Below are positions 28,931 to 38,223 of a stretch of 64,000 nucleotides of DNA, in pieces. The stretch lies in the sequence record NC_048045.1. The stretch is one strand, 5' to 3'. Position numbers and translations under genes: made by a program. How positions within the stretch are numbered: the first letter of the stretch is position 1; each line of letters begins with the position of its first letter. Under the pieces are notes generated by a model. That model was not told the origin of the DNA. It made no database searches and saw only the letters and a list, made by a program, of their open reading frames with translations.

Positions 28931-30067
28931 CTATTCCTCGTCCGCCTTCTGAGCACCCTTTTCAGAGATGTTCAGGCGGCCGTGGCCTTCGCCTTCCTTC
29001 ATGTAATCTTCGATATTGAGACCATGTTCAGCCAGCGCCTCGCGAACCGCGCTGGTGTCGAGGGTCTTGCGACCCTTGATCCAGGAAATGGAGCCCTTGA
29101 TCTTGCCGTCCGCAGACTTCGCGACCCGGACCCCGGTATTCGTGAACCACTGCTTCAGAGCCTCCGAAGCAGCTTTGTGGCCCACTTCGGCGGCCTTTTT
29201 CGCAGCCGAGGCGCACCGCTCCTCGACCACAAGGCGTTCGAACTCAGCCAGGATGGGCAGCGGCGTCTCCTTGGAGTTCGCCTCGCCCTTCGTGGGGGTG
29301 GACTTTTTGATGGTCTGCGCGCACGCGACCTTGTAGGGGCAGTAGGTGCAGGAACTGTCGATCTTGCCCTCGGCCATGATCTCGCTCGGGTCTTCGATCT
29401 CGAAGACGTCCCGCGAGCGCTGCATGGCCACGTCGAAGGCCTTCTGGTCGAAGGGCACCACGAAGATTTCGATGTCGTCGAAGAAGCTGGCGTCGACGTA
29501 GATGATCACCGCGTAGTTCGGTCGCCACGACGAAAGCTGACGGGTAAGGCCCATCTGGACGATCGTCTGGCCCCGATGGATGGCCTTTTCCTCCTTCAGA
29601 TTCACGCGGGGATCGACCGATTTGATCTCCACGTTGAAGCAGTTGGAGGGGTGCTCGACATCCTTGCGCGAGCCGCCCAGCGAGGCGATCCCGTAGTTGG
29701 CCAGGGCGTCGTCGTCGGCGTAGATCACCAGCCCGTCGGGCGTGGCCGACAGCGGGGCCTCAGGCGAGATGAGGGTCTTCTGGTTGGCGCCGCCCCAGAT
29801 CAGTTGGGCGTCGCGCGTCAGGTTCTCGGTGATCCACTGCACGCCGGGCTCGACGAAGTGGTTCTCGATCATGTCCCCGCGCTGGAGCGCGCCCCAGGAC
29901 TGCTCATAGTCGGGGTCCTTGGGGGCGTCGTGCTTGGCGTACCAGACCTTGCGCAGGCACCCAAAAGCCTCGGACGCGCCCACGGACTTGGTCCGGTCGT
30001 GCTTCCAGACCTTCTGGCGGGAGTTCACCCACTTGTCGAAGCCGTCTTTGAAATCGATCGCAGCCAT
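28931..30067 (-). CDS. Cas4-like PD-(D/E)XK exonuclease
   Basis: GCLRK, SATPDGL, VEIKS and CTYCPYKVAC (Fe-S-type cysteines). Confidence 0.8.
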   Translation of the reverse strand: MAAIDFKDGFDKWVNSRQKVWKHDRTKSVGASEAFGCLRKVWYAKHDAPKDPDYEQSWGALQRGDMIENHFVEPGVQWITENLTRDAQLIWGGANQKTLISPEAPLSATPDGLVIYADDDALANYGIASLGGSRKDVEHPSNCFNVEIKSVDPRVNLKEEKAIHRGQTIVQMGLTRQLSSWRPNYAVIIYVDASFFDDIEIFVVPFDQKAFDVAMQRSRDVFEIEDPSEIMAEGKIDSSCTYCPYKVACAQTIKKSTPTKGEANSKETPLPILAEFERLVVEERCASAAKKAAEVGHKAASEALKQWFTNTGVRVAKSADGKIKGSISWIKGRKTLDTSAVREALAEHGLNIEDYMKEGEGHGRLNISEKGAQKADEE

Positions 30068-30142
30068 TAGCGTACCGCCGTCATAAAATCCTGGTTTCGT
30101 GACTAGGGTTCATCCAGGGTCACGGGCCTGGGGACGCGGGCG

Positions 30143-30226
30143 CTAGGTCCGGTCGAGCCGGTTGCGCAACCAGATCAGGCCGCCGATCGCGGCGACGACG
30201 AAGAGGGTCAGGATGACGTCGTTCAC
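30143..30226 (-). CDS. Possible 27-aa membrane peptide
   Basis: GTG overlapping the upstream TGA; MNDVILTLFVVAAIGGLIWLRNRLDRT. Confidence 0.35.
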   Translation of the reverse strand: MNDVILTLFVVAAIGGLIWLRNRLDRT

Positions 30227-30852
30227 GCCGTCTTCTCCTGGAGCTTGGCCGCCACCATGTCCTGCATGGCGTAGTAGCAGCGGCGCGTGGCCTGGACGTC
30301 GGCGATTGCGGTGTGGGCGTCTTCGAAGCCTTCGCCGGTCAGGTGCTTGTGCAGGTCGATCAGCTTGGGCTTGCGATAGCCGCCCTGGCGCGAGGGCAGC
30401 TTCATCAGCGGCGTGCCCGCCACGATGGTGTCAAACATCGACTTGCCTTCGAACGGGTCGGCGTCGGGCCGGCCCATGACGCGGCGCACCACGTTGGTCA
30501 CGATCTTGTTGTCGAAGGAGATGTGGTTGTGCCCCACGATCACGTCGGCGACGGCGACGAGGTCCATGAAGGCCTCGATCGCGATGGCCTCGGTCATGCC
30601 GATCTTCTCGGAGATTTCCGGCGAGACGCCGTGGATGGCGGCGGCGCCGCCCTTGCCGTCGCGGCCAATCGTCCAATCGCTCAAGACGCTGGTCGGGACC
30701 GTCCCCAGGCTCAGGATCGTGTCGAGGCGGGCGGCCTCGCGGCGATCGGGATAGGCCAGGATCGCACCCAGTTGGACGATGCGGGGTTGCTCGTCCAGGG
30801 GCTTCTTGCCGTCCGGAAAACCGGTGGTCTCGGTGTCGTAAAAAAGGATCAT
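30223..30852 (-). CDS. DEDDh 3'-5' exonuclease (DnaQ-like)
   Basis: FYDTETTG, IHG, VGHNHISFD, AHTAIADV. Confidence 0.85.
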   Translation of the reverse strand: MILFYDTETTGFPDGKKPLDEQPRIVQLGAILAYPDRREAARLDTILSLGTVPTSVLSDWTIGRDGKGGAAAIHGVSPEISEKIGMTEAIAIEAFMDLVAVADVIVGHNHISFDNKIVTNVVRRVMGRPDADPFEGKSMFDTIVAGTPLMKLPSRQGGYRKPKLIDLHKHLTGEGFEDAHTAIADVQATRRCYYAMQDMVAAKLQEKTA

Positions 30853-30877
30853 CGGGGCGATCTCGTTCGGGAGTGTC

Positions 30878-30917
30878 TTGTTAACCAAGTTCCGGATGGG
30901 TGTCAAGATTCACGACA
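30878..30917 (-). promoter_or_regulatory. Motif promoter
   Basis: TGTCGTGAATCTTGACA-N17-TAACAA on minus; TTAACCAA overlaps the -10. Confidence 0.65.
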
Positions 30918-30924
30918 TCAAAAG

Positions 30925-31587
30925 TCACGAAGGATGACGCACGGCCTTGATGATTTCGTAGACGCGCTGCACCGACAGGCCCAGGTCCGCCGCGATCGAC
31001 GACACCGGCTCGCCGTCGGCGTAGCGCTTCTCGGTCCAGGCGTAGTGCGCCTTCTTGGTCTCCTCGCGCTTGGCCTTGGCCTCGGGCGCGTGGCGGTCGA
31101 TGAAGCGGTAGATCGCGATCCGCGAGACGCCGTATTGCTCGGCGATGAACGGCACGGGCGCGAAGCTGGTGAATTGCAGGACGATGTCGTCGGCGTGGTC
31201 GGCGAGGGCCATGTTGTGCTCCAGGGTATCGAGGGCGCGGTCGATCACCACCGCCGCGCGCTTGGAAGGCTGTTTGGTCAGGAAGCCGCAGGGGCGGCCG
31301 GCGGCGTAGGGCGGCTCGCACCCTTCGATGAGGTATTGTTCGGCGGTAGGGTCCAGCCGCTGGCCGGCCGCGTTCGCCAGCCACCAGTGGGTGCCGCCGT
31401 CGGGGTCGGGCGCGACCATGGGCCGCCAGGGGCCGTCGCGCCCGCCGGACAGATGCCAGAGCGCCTCGGAGGCGACATAGCAGTGCCCGGCGGTCGGGTT
31501 CGAAGCCGTGTACGCGGAACGGTAGGGCTCGCGCAGAAGCTCGGGTGTAAGGGCGCGCTGCACCGCTCTGAGGGTCTCGATGTCCAT
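30925..31587 (-). CDS. Hypothetical protein: Cys-His-Asp (papain/transglutaminase-like) N-domain plus tandem HTH C-domain
   Basis: ATG overlaps the polA TGA; GHCYVASE...THWWL...LDPT; GVSRIAIYR and DLGLSVQRVYEII HTH-like segments. Confidence 0.6.
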   Translation of the reverse strand: MDIETLRAVQRALTPELLREPYRSAYTASNPTAGHCYVASEALWHLSGGRDGPWRPMVAPDPDGGTHWWLANAAGQRLDPTAEQYLIEGCEPPYAAGRPCGFLTKQPSKRAAVVIDRALDTLEHNMALADHADDIVLQFTSFAPVPFIAEQYGVSRIAIYRFIDRHAPEAKAKREETKKAHYAWTEKRYADGEPVSSIAADLGLSVQRVYEIIKAVRHPS

Positions 31588-33833
31588 CAGTGCGTCTCGG
31601 CCCAGGTGCGGCCCCACTTTACGTCCACGTCGACCGGCAGGCGGAAGTCGAACCGGTGCCCGGCTTCCTTCGCCGCGTCGACGATGTTGCGGCGGCAGAT
31701 TTCCTTGATCGCAGGGTCGTCGCGCACGGCGACTTGCATTTCGTCGTGGACCCAGGCCAGCACCGCGTAGTCGCCGTCCCAGCCGTGGACGAGGCCGTCG
31801 TCTTCGTTGAAGGTCTCGAAGTTGACGCACCAGCCCTTGGCGATGGTCGCGCCCGCGCCCTGGAGCTTGGTGTTGAGCGCCGAGTGCTTGGCCCGCACAT
31901 AGAGCAGGCGCCCGTCGAGCGCGTCGACATAGCCGCGCTTGGCCTCCCGCTGCACGGCCTTGACGACCTGTTGTAGCGCGGGGATGCGCGTCATAATGCG
32001 GCGGCGCATTTCCGAGCCCAGGGCCTTGGCCTTGGCGACGTTCATCGTCAGGGTCGGATCGACGGTGCAGCCCAGCTTGTAGTCCTGAGCGCCGTAGATC
32101 ATGGCGTAGATGAAGGTCTTGGCGGTGTCGCGCGACTCCATTTCCATGGCGGCTTGGTGGACGCCGTGGACATCGCCATCCAGGACGATCTTGCCGTACT
32201 GGCCGTTGTCGAACTCCGCCATGAAGTGCGCAAGACAGCGCAGTTCGATGCCCGCTTGGTCGGCGCCCATGAGGACCCAGCCCTCGGGCACGTAGAAGAG
32301 GTCGCGGCTGTCCCAGCCGTGGTCGCCCTCGCGGCCCTTCATCAGGACCTTCTTGGTGACCACCTCGCCCTTCTCGTTGAGCGTGAACTCGCCCTCGGGC
32401 GTCAGCACCGGCCGGCCCCGGATTTGCTTGCCGTCCGGGCCGAGCAGCGGGACCTTCTTGGCCTCGTCCTGCCATTGCGGCGGCGACTTGAAGACGACGC
32501 GGGGGACCTGGGCGATGTTGGGATTGGAGTGCGAGGCGCGGTTGGTCACCGTGCCGCCCACGTTGACGCGGCCGTGAATCTTGCCGTCGCCGTTCCATTC
32601 CTCGCACTTGGCGAGCCAGCCGTTCTTGCCGTCGACCAGTTGTCCCAGGCGCTTCTTGTAGTAGAAGATTTCCGCCAGGGTCTCGCAGATCGGGATGACC
32701 AGCTTCTTGGTGTTCTCGTCCTCGGCCTTGGCCAGATCGCGCAGCACCTCGTCGTCGACGACGGGGGCGTTGTTCTCGGTGAACTCCTGGGGCTCCCAGC
32801 CGTAGACCTTGGTCAGGCGGTCGACGATCTGCTGGCGCGAGTTCGGGTTGAACTCGGTCAGCTTCACCGGGCAGAACGGGGCGCCGGCGGTGCGGTCGCC
32901 CTTCATCGGGTCCTTGTACTTGACGTCGCGCGTGGGCACCGTCACCTCGGCCCAGTGCTCGCGCGTGTCGTCCTCGCCGAACTCCGGGCGCGGACGATAG
33001 GAGACCTGATCCTTCTCGGGCTTGCCGGTCTCGGGCGAGCAGTAGGTGGTCGACTTGTTGCGCTTCAACCACTTGCCCGGAACCCACCAGGAGCCGAAGT
33101 GCTCGATCGCCTCGTCCGACATCTTGGTGTGGGCCGTGCGCAGTTCGTCTTCCAGGCGGCGCGCGCGCTCGCGGTGGAACGGGAAGCCGTTGCGCTGCAC
33201 CCGCTCCATCATGTCGTGAACCATGTGTTCGAGCGTGATCGCGGTCTTGGACCACGGCCGGCTCTCGATCTTGCGCCACAGGGCCTCGGTGACCTCGACG
33301 TCCTGGATGGCGTAGTCTTCCATGTCCTGGTTCCAGGAGCCCCAGACGTAGCGGCTGATTTCCGCCTTGTCGGTGATGCCCTTGGCCTTGGCCTCTTCCT
33401 CGGCGACGTCGGCATAGTCGCCCTTGGGGAAGCCCAGGCGCTGGCCCCAGGCCCCCAGTTCGTGCGAGCCGATGTAGCCGCCGTAGAGGTCGCCGCGCTT
33501 CCACATCCGGAAGTCGTCGTCCTTCAGGTCGGCGAACAGCATCCGCGTCATCACCAGGGTGTCGCGCAGGATGCCTTGCGGGTTGAACTTGTCGCCGTAG
33601 ACCTTCTTGAGGGCCTCGCAGTCGAAGCCCACGATGTTGTGGCCGATCAACATCTCGGCCTCGTTCAGCATCTTGATGCCTTCGAGGATGTTGTCCTCGC
33701 GCTTGTTGCGGTGGAAGACCCACCGCTGGCGCGTGTCGGCGTCCTTGATCACCAGGATGTGGATGCGCGTGAGTTGCAGTAGCAGCCCATCGGTTTCCAA
33801 GTCGAAGAGGAGGCGGCGCTTACGCAGCTTCAT
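31587..33833 (-). CDS. polA: Family A DNA polymerase (T7 gp5-like) with 3'-5' exonuclease
   Basis: FDLETDG, GHNIVGFD, GADQAGIELR, RDTAKTFIYAMIYG, LNTKLQGAG, WVHDEMQ. Confidence 0.93.
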   Translation of the reverse strand: MKLRKRRLLFDLETDGLLLQLTRIHILVIKDADTRQRWVFHRNKREDNILEGIKMLNEAEMLIGHNIVGFDCEALKKVYGDKFNPQGILRDTLVMTRMLFADLKDDDFRMWKRGDLYGGYIGSHELGAWGQRLGFPKGDYADVAEEEAKAKGITDKAEISRYVWGSWNQDMEDYAIQDVEVTEALWRKIESRPWSKTAITLEHMVHDMMERVQRNGFPFHRERARRLEDELRTAHTKMSDEAIEHFGSWWVPGKWLKRNKSTTYCSPETGKPEKDQVSYRPRPEFGEDDTREHWAEVTVPTRDVKYKDPMKGDRTAGAPFCPVKLTEFNPNSRQQIVDRLTKVYGWEPQEFTENNAPVVDDEVLRDLAKAEDENTKKLVIPICETLAEIFYYKKRLGQLVDGKNGWLAKCEEWNGDGKIHGRVNVGGTVTNRASHSNPNIAQVPRVVFKSPPQWQDEAKKVPLLGPDGKQIRGRPVLTPEGEFTLNEKGEVVTKKVLMKGREGDHGWDSRDLFYVPEGWVLMGADQAGIELRCLAHFMAEFDNGQYGKIVLDGDVHGVHQAAMEMESRDTAKTFIYAMIYGAQDYKLGCTVDPTLTMNVAKAKALGSEMRRRIMTRIPALQQVVKAVQREAKRGYVDALDGRLLYVRAKHSALNTKLQGAGATIAKGWCVNFETFNEDDGLVHGWDGDYAVLAWVHDEMQVAVRDDPAIKEICRRNIVDAAKEAGHRFDFRLPVDVDVKWGRTWAETH

Positions 33834-34893
33834 GGAGCACCTTGAGAATCTGGTCGCCGATCCAGTCCACCATCGGGACGATCAAGCTGTTGCCGATGAT
33901 GGTCCGGCGCTCGGTGTCGGAGAGGCCGGGCACGTCGGTATGGGTCCCCGACATCCCCATCAGGCGCTCGCACTCGGACACCGAATGGTTGCGGAGACGC
34001 CAGTCCTCGCCCTCCTTGACCAGGAGCATGCCGATGCTGGAGCCGCCGGCGGCGGTGCGCAGGCAGTTGGCGATCTGCCCGCCTTCTTCGATCTGCTGAC
34101 CCGAGAAGCCGTTGATCACCCGCCCCCGGACGGCGACGGTGCGAGCCCGAAAGACAGGGCGGCCATCAATTCCGGGGACAACGTCCGCCCCGCGCTCAAA
34201 GCATTGCTCAAGAGCGTCGCACGGCGCGACGGGCTCATGTACAATCCGGCGGGGATCGAACCCGGAGCGTCGAGTACACGCGACAACGACAAGCCGCCGG
34301 CGGGACTGCGGGATTCCGAACTCAGGGCCGTCGAAGACGCGCCAAGCGATGGCGCGACGGGGTCCCAGCACGAAACCACAGTCCGGCCACCGACGCCCTG
34401 CCGCGTCGTCGTCACCTTCGGGCTTTCCGTAGGGGTAGAGGGGCTCGCGCTCTCCGGCGAGACGGCCGAGGAACTGTCCAAAGGCGTTGTCCTTGTTGGT
34501 GAGGAGCTTCGGGACGTTCTCGAAGCAGAAGATCGGAGGATCGACCTCGTCGACCACGCGCAGCCCCGAGAGCGTCAACTGCCCGCGCGGGTCATCCAGG
34601 CCCAGGCCCTTGCCGGCCTCGCTATAGGGCTGGCACGGGAACGAGGCCCACAGGACGTCGACCTCGCCCTCGTGGGCCGTGCCGTCGATCTGTTCGAGGT
34701 CCCCCAGGTTGGGGACGCTCGACCAGTGGTGCTTCAGCAGCCGGATCGGCGCCGAGGCGATTTCGCTGAAGAAGCGGGCCTTGCCGCCCTTACGCTCCCA
34801 GGCGTAGGACGGGACGTCCGCGCCGGAGCAAAGGGTCGCAAAGGTCCACGGCTGGACGTCGGGGACGTCCGCCTGGGGAGGGATCGAGGGCAT
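33820..34893 (-). CDS. DNA (cytosine-5) methyltransferase
   Basis: ASFPCQPYSEAG (catalytic PC), FENVP, PQSRRR, IGNS. Confidence 0.88.
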   Translation of the reverse strand: MPSIPPQADVPDVQPWTFATLCSGADVPSYAWERKGGKARFFSEIASAPIRLLKHHWSSVPNLGDLEQIDGTAHEGEVDVLWASFPCQPYSEAGKGLGLDDPRGQLTLSGLRVVDEVDPPIFCFENVPKLLTNKDNAFGQFLGRLAGEREPLYPYGKPEGDDDAAGRRWPDCGFVLGPRRAIAWRVFDGPEFGIPQSRRRLVVVACTRRSGFDPRRIVHEPVAPCDALEQCFERGADVVPGIDGRPVFRARTVAVRGRVINGFSGQQIEEGGQIANCLRTAAGGSSIGMLLVKEGEDWRLRNHSVSECERLMGMSGTHTDVPGLSDTERRTIIGNSLIVPMVDWIGDQILKVLHEAA

Positions 34894-34898
34894 GAGGT

Positions 34899-34928
34899 AT
34901 GGTTAACCGATGTCGTGAATCACGTCAA
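34899..34928 (-). promoter_or_regulatory. Promoter with inverted half-motif in the spacer and TTAACCAT on the -10
   Basis: TTGACG-N17-TAACCA on minus; GTCGTGAATC at 34912-34921 on plus. Confidence 0.55.
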
Positions 34929-34947
34929 GAAATGTCGTCAGGGACGA

Positions 34948-35754
34948 CTACTTCTGACCGTTGGCGGCGGCGATCTCGGCATCCGTCAGCAGACGGCGGC
35001 CGGTGGTCTTGACCTCGCCGCGCCAGACGCGGTCGGCCATCTTCAGGAAGGCCTTGGCGACCTTCTGCTTGTTCTCGTGGCCGATGTGACGCACCATCGA
35101 CAGCGGCCAGCGCGGGGGAAGGGCGTAGAAGAACATCACCCCCGGCTTGGTGTAGGCGTCGACGACGAAGTCGCCGGCCATCCGCTTGTTGACCGAGAAC
35201 GACTGGTCGCCCAGGATCGCGGTGTTGGTGTCGTCGTAGTAGCCGATGCCCAGCCTGATCTTGTCGATCGCGCTGTCGTAGGCCAGCCAGATGAGGCGCC
35301 CGTCACCCAGGCTCACCTCGTCGACCTTCCAGTCCTCAGGGTGGCCCCAGACGGCGTCGTGCGCCATCCGGATGGCCTCGGCCAGCAGGGTGCGTTTCAT
35401 GGGCGCGGGCTTGATCAGTTCCCTGGTCGGCCGGCCTTCTGCGTCGGTGCCTTCGAGGTAGTACGCCATCCCCGGACCCTCGCCGCTCAGGTCGAACGCT
35501 TCCAGGCCGTTGAACATCGGGGCCAGCCGCCCCGTCTTCAGGCGGATGCCTTCGCGCTCGATCTGGTCGGCGATCTCGTAGGCGAAACCCGGCTTGAGAT
35601 TCATGGTCATGACGTGCGTCATGTTGAGGCCCGTGGGGGACTCATGGCCCACGCCGATCTGGATCGACTGGGTTTCGTCGGTGACCAGGGCGTAGAGGAA
35701 GCCGCCCTTGGGGCTCGTGTCCATGGGGACGCGGCGGGAGACGAGAAGGGTCAT
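34948..35754 (-). CDS. Hypothetical protein (two internally similar halves)
   Basis: 268-aa ORF in a minus-strand operon. Confidence 0.65.
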   Translation of the reverse strand: MTLLVSRRVPMDTSPKGGFLYALVTDETQSIQIGVGHESPTGLNMTHVMTMNLKPGFAYEIADQIEREGIRLKTGRLAPMFNGLEAFDLSGEGPGMAYYLEGTDAEGRPTRELIKPAPMKRTLLAEAIRMAHDAVWGHPEDWKVDEVSLGDGRLIWLAYDSAIDKIRLGIGYYDDTNTAILGDQSFSVNKRMAGDFVVDAYTKPGVMFFYALPPRWPLSMVRHIGHENKQKVAKAFLKMADRVWRGEVKTTGRRLLTDAEIAAANGQK

Positions 35755-35766
35755 GGAGGGTCCTCG

Positions 35767-37473
35767 TTACAGGCGCCAGCGGCGGCCGTGGAAAGTGACG
35801 AGCGCGCGCTTGCCGTTCGGGTACTGCACGCAATGGGTGTGCGCCCAGGACGAGGGGCCGGTGTTGTAGCCCATGTCCAGCTTCGAGGTCGTGCCGGTGT
35901 TGTAGGCGCTCTCGAAGATGCCCGGCGAGTGGGTGTGCCCGAACGTCACCTTGGGGCCGATCTTGGCGAACTGCTGGATGTTGCCACGCGAGCCATTGGC
36001 CCCGTTGTGACCGTGGTTCGAGTGCTCGACGCCCCCGATGACGCAGCTTTCGTCCTCGCGCAGGAAGCGCACGCCCTCACAGGCCCAGGGCGTGAAGGCG
36101 TTGCGCATCACCTCCTCGAAGATCGAGAAGCCGCGTTCGCCCGTCCGGATGGCGGCATAGACCGCCTGCTGGCACTTGAGGAAGAACTCGGCATTGACCG
36201 GGTCCTGGCGGTAGTCGGCGGTCTTCAGCCACTTGTTGAGGGCCAGATCATGGTTGCTCTCGACCACCGTGATCTCGGTATCGAAGCGGTCGCGCGCCAG
36301 GATCGACAGGAACATCGCCACCTCGCGCAGTTCGTGCTCGACGCTTTCGGTCCCCTTGACGTACAGACGGAAGCGGTCATGCGGGTCGGCGATGTTGTGG
36401 TGGTTGCGCGCCCGGAAGTCGGAGACGTCGTGGACGAAGACGTGCTCGGGCCGCAGGACGTCGATCATCGACGGGGTCGCCACGCTGGCCCAGACCCGGC
36501 TCCCGTCCGACGACTTCTGCTCGGTCGGATAGAAGCCGAACGTCGCGGCCGAGACCTCGGGGTCGATCTGGGCGACATGGACGTCGCCGGGCGTGATGCA
36601 GGCCACGCGCTGGCCCTCGGTCACGACCCCATCCTTGACCAGGACGTCGAGGTCGTAGAACGAGCCATCGTGGACATCGCCCAGGAGGTGGCGACAGAAG
36701 AACGCGCCATCCTCGTCGACCTCGACCAGGACCGCGCCCAGTTGGTGGTGGAAGCTGGCCTTGATGCCGGCCTTCTTGGGCACGTAGTTGGGCTTGGTGA
36801 CCGCGCCGGTCGTCATGACCTGCTTGGACGGGGTGTGCTTCATCGTCGGAACGCTGACGAGTTGCACCTTGGCGTGAGGGAAGATGCCCCAGCGCTCGCG
36901 CGTGTAGGAGTGGAAGCCCGACAGCGGGTTCTCGGCGGTCGGCAGGGTGTTCATCTCGCCGCAGAAGTCGACCCGGTCGGCGATCCGGATGCGCTCGTTC
37001 ACGAGGTACTGCATCACCCGCTTGTGGAAGAACGCCGCGTGCTTGGCGTGATCCTCGAACAGGCGCTTGGAGTAGGTGAAGCCGGCGATCATGATCTCGC
37101 ACGGGGCATCGCGCCGCAGGTGCTCGGCGTAGGCTTCCAGGTTGTCGACGAACTCCTCGTGGATGTGCGTGGAGTCCTGGGCCGACGACAGGATGAAGCG
37201 GCGCCGGCCGGTCTCGACGCTGACTTCGATCTCACGCGCTGCGGGAGCCGGGCGGTGCGACAACGGGTCCTTGCGCATCGCGTAGAGGCGGTTCTGGAGC
37301 GTGGTGCGCTTGACGCCGTACTTACGCGAGAACGCCCGCTGGCCGCCGGCCTTCTTGACCATCGCGTTGAGGTCCTCGGGCGACACCGAGTAGATGTCGA
37401 ACGGGCCGTCCGGCGGGAGATCGACCTTGGACTTCTTGCGCGCCTGGGACGCGTGTTCGAACTCAGCCGGCAT
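35767..37473 (-). CDS. T5 A1-like metallophosphoesterase/nuclease with N-terminal HTH
   Basis: PGDVH, HDVSD, VESNHD, NHGHNG and FGHTH calcineurin-like motifs; YGVKRTTLQNRL HTH. Confidence 0.7.
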   Translation of the reverse strand: MPAEFEHASQARKKSKVDLPPDGPFDIYSVSPEDLNAMVKKAGGQRAFSRKYGVKRTTLQNRLYAMRKDPLSHRPAPAAREIEVSVETGRRRFILSSAQDSTHIHEEFVDNLEAYAEHLRRDAPCEIMIAGFTYSKRLFEDHAKHAAFFHKRVMQYLVNERIRIADRVDFCGEMNTLPTAENPLSGFHSYTRERWGIFPHAKVQLVSVPTMKHTPSKQVMTTGAVTKPNYVPKKAGIKASFHHQLGAVLVEVDEDGAFFCRHLLGDVHDGSFYDLDVLVKDGVVTEGQRVACITPGDVHVAQIDPEVSAATFGFYPTEQKSSDGSRVWASVATPSMIDVLRPEHVFVHDVSDFRARNHHNIADPHDRFRLYVKGTESVEHELREVAMFLSILARDRFDTEITVVESNHDLALNKWLKTADYRQDPVNAEFFLKCQQAVYAAIRTGERGFSIFEEVMRNAFTPWACEGVRFLREDESCVIGGVEHSNHGHNGANGSRGNIQQFAKIGPKVTFGHTHSPGIFESAYNTGTTSKLDMGYNTGPSSWAHTHCVQYPNGKRALVTFHGRRWRL

Positions 37474-38146
37474 AGAGAAGCTCCGGTTTGGCGCTGACGG
37501 GCTTGGACCAGTCCCAGACGAACCACGCGTAAGCGAAGCGCGGCGCGCCCTTGGTCCCCTCGATCCAGCGGGGGCGATGGCGAAGAGTGACCTTCGCGGC
37601 GAAAGCAGGGTGATCGAAGAGGTCCGAGCGCGAGCGCGCGGCGTCCCATTCGTGGCGGCAGAGGAAGGCGACGAAGCCCTTGTCGGCTTCCATCAGCTTG
37701 AGGGCGTGGCGGGCGGCGCGCTCGGCGTCCTTGCCGTAGGGCGGGTTGGAGATGATGGCGTCCGGGCGCGCCGGCAGCGGAGTGACCTTGCGCTCCTTGC
37801 CCTCGTCATCGATCACCGTCTCGGGGCGGGCCTTCAGCGCGCCCAGGCGATCGAGATCGTCCGGGGTCAGCTTGAAGAAGTCCTCGACCGCGTCGACGTC
37901 GAAGCCCTCGTAGCGATGGATGTCTGTGGAAAGGACCTCCTGCACGTAGGGCCGCAGCGGGTTGGCAATCGCGCCGTTGCCGGCGAAGGGCTCCCAGGCG
38001 AAGAAGCCGGCGAACTCGTCGCCCATGGCCTCAATCAGCGCGTCGAACGCGGGACGAGGCGTCGGATAGAAATCCAAGGGGTTCCTGGCATAGCCCGAGG
38101 CGCCCAGCATGGAGGGGTCTTTGCGACCGGCATCGGAGAGAGACAT
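37463..38146 (-). CDS. Amino (N6A/N4C) DNA methyltransferase-like protein; start 38146 or 38164
   Basis: WEPFAGNG SAM-binding motif and IISNPPY catalytic motif. Confidence 0.75.
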   Translation of the reverse strand: MSLSDAGRKDPSMLGASGYARNPLDFYPTPRPAFDALIEAMGDEFAGFFAWEPFAGNGAIANPLRPYVQEVLSTDIHRYEGFDVDAVEDFFKLTPDDLDRLGALKARPETVIDDEGKERKVTPLPARPDAIISNPPYGKDAERAARHALKLMEADKGFVAFLCRHEWDAARSRSDLFDHPAFAAKVTLRHRPRWIEGTKGAPRFAYAWFVWDWSKPVSAKPELLYAG

Positions 38147-38154
38147 GGCCTGGA

Positions 38155-38194
38155 GGGATGTCATGGTTAACGAAGGGTGTCAAGATTCACGACA
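38155..38194 (-). promoter_or_regulatory. Motif promoter (divergent from the RNA island)
   Basis: TGTCGTGAATCTTGACA-N17-CATCCC on minus; TTAACCAT in the spacer. Confidence 0.6.
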
Positions 38195-38223
38195 TTGACT
38201 GTCGTGACGCACCACGCTAGATA
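38195..38223 (+). promoter_or_regulatory. Sigma70-type promoter of the large ncRNA
   Basis: TTGACT-N17-TAGATA; GCTAGATA resembles the Caulobacter housekeeping -10. Confidence 0.65.

Noticed and set aside
31588-33723. 932-aa minus ORF overlapping polA in another frame
   Set aside because: Only the last 220 codons (from ATG 31587) look like protein; the rest is an off-frame read of polA.
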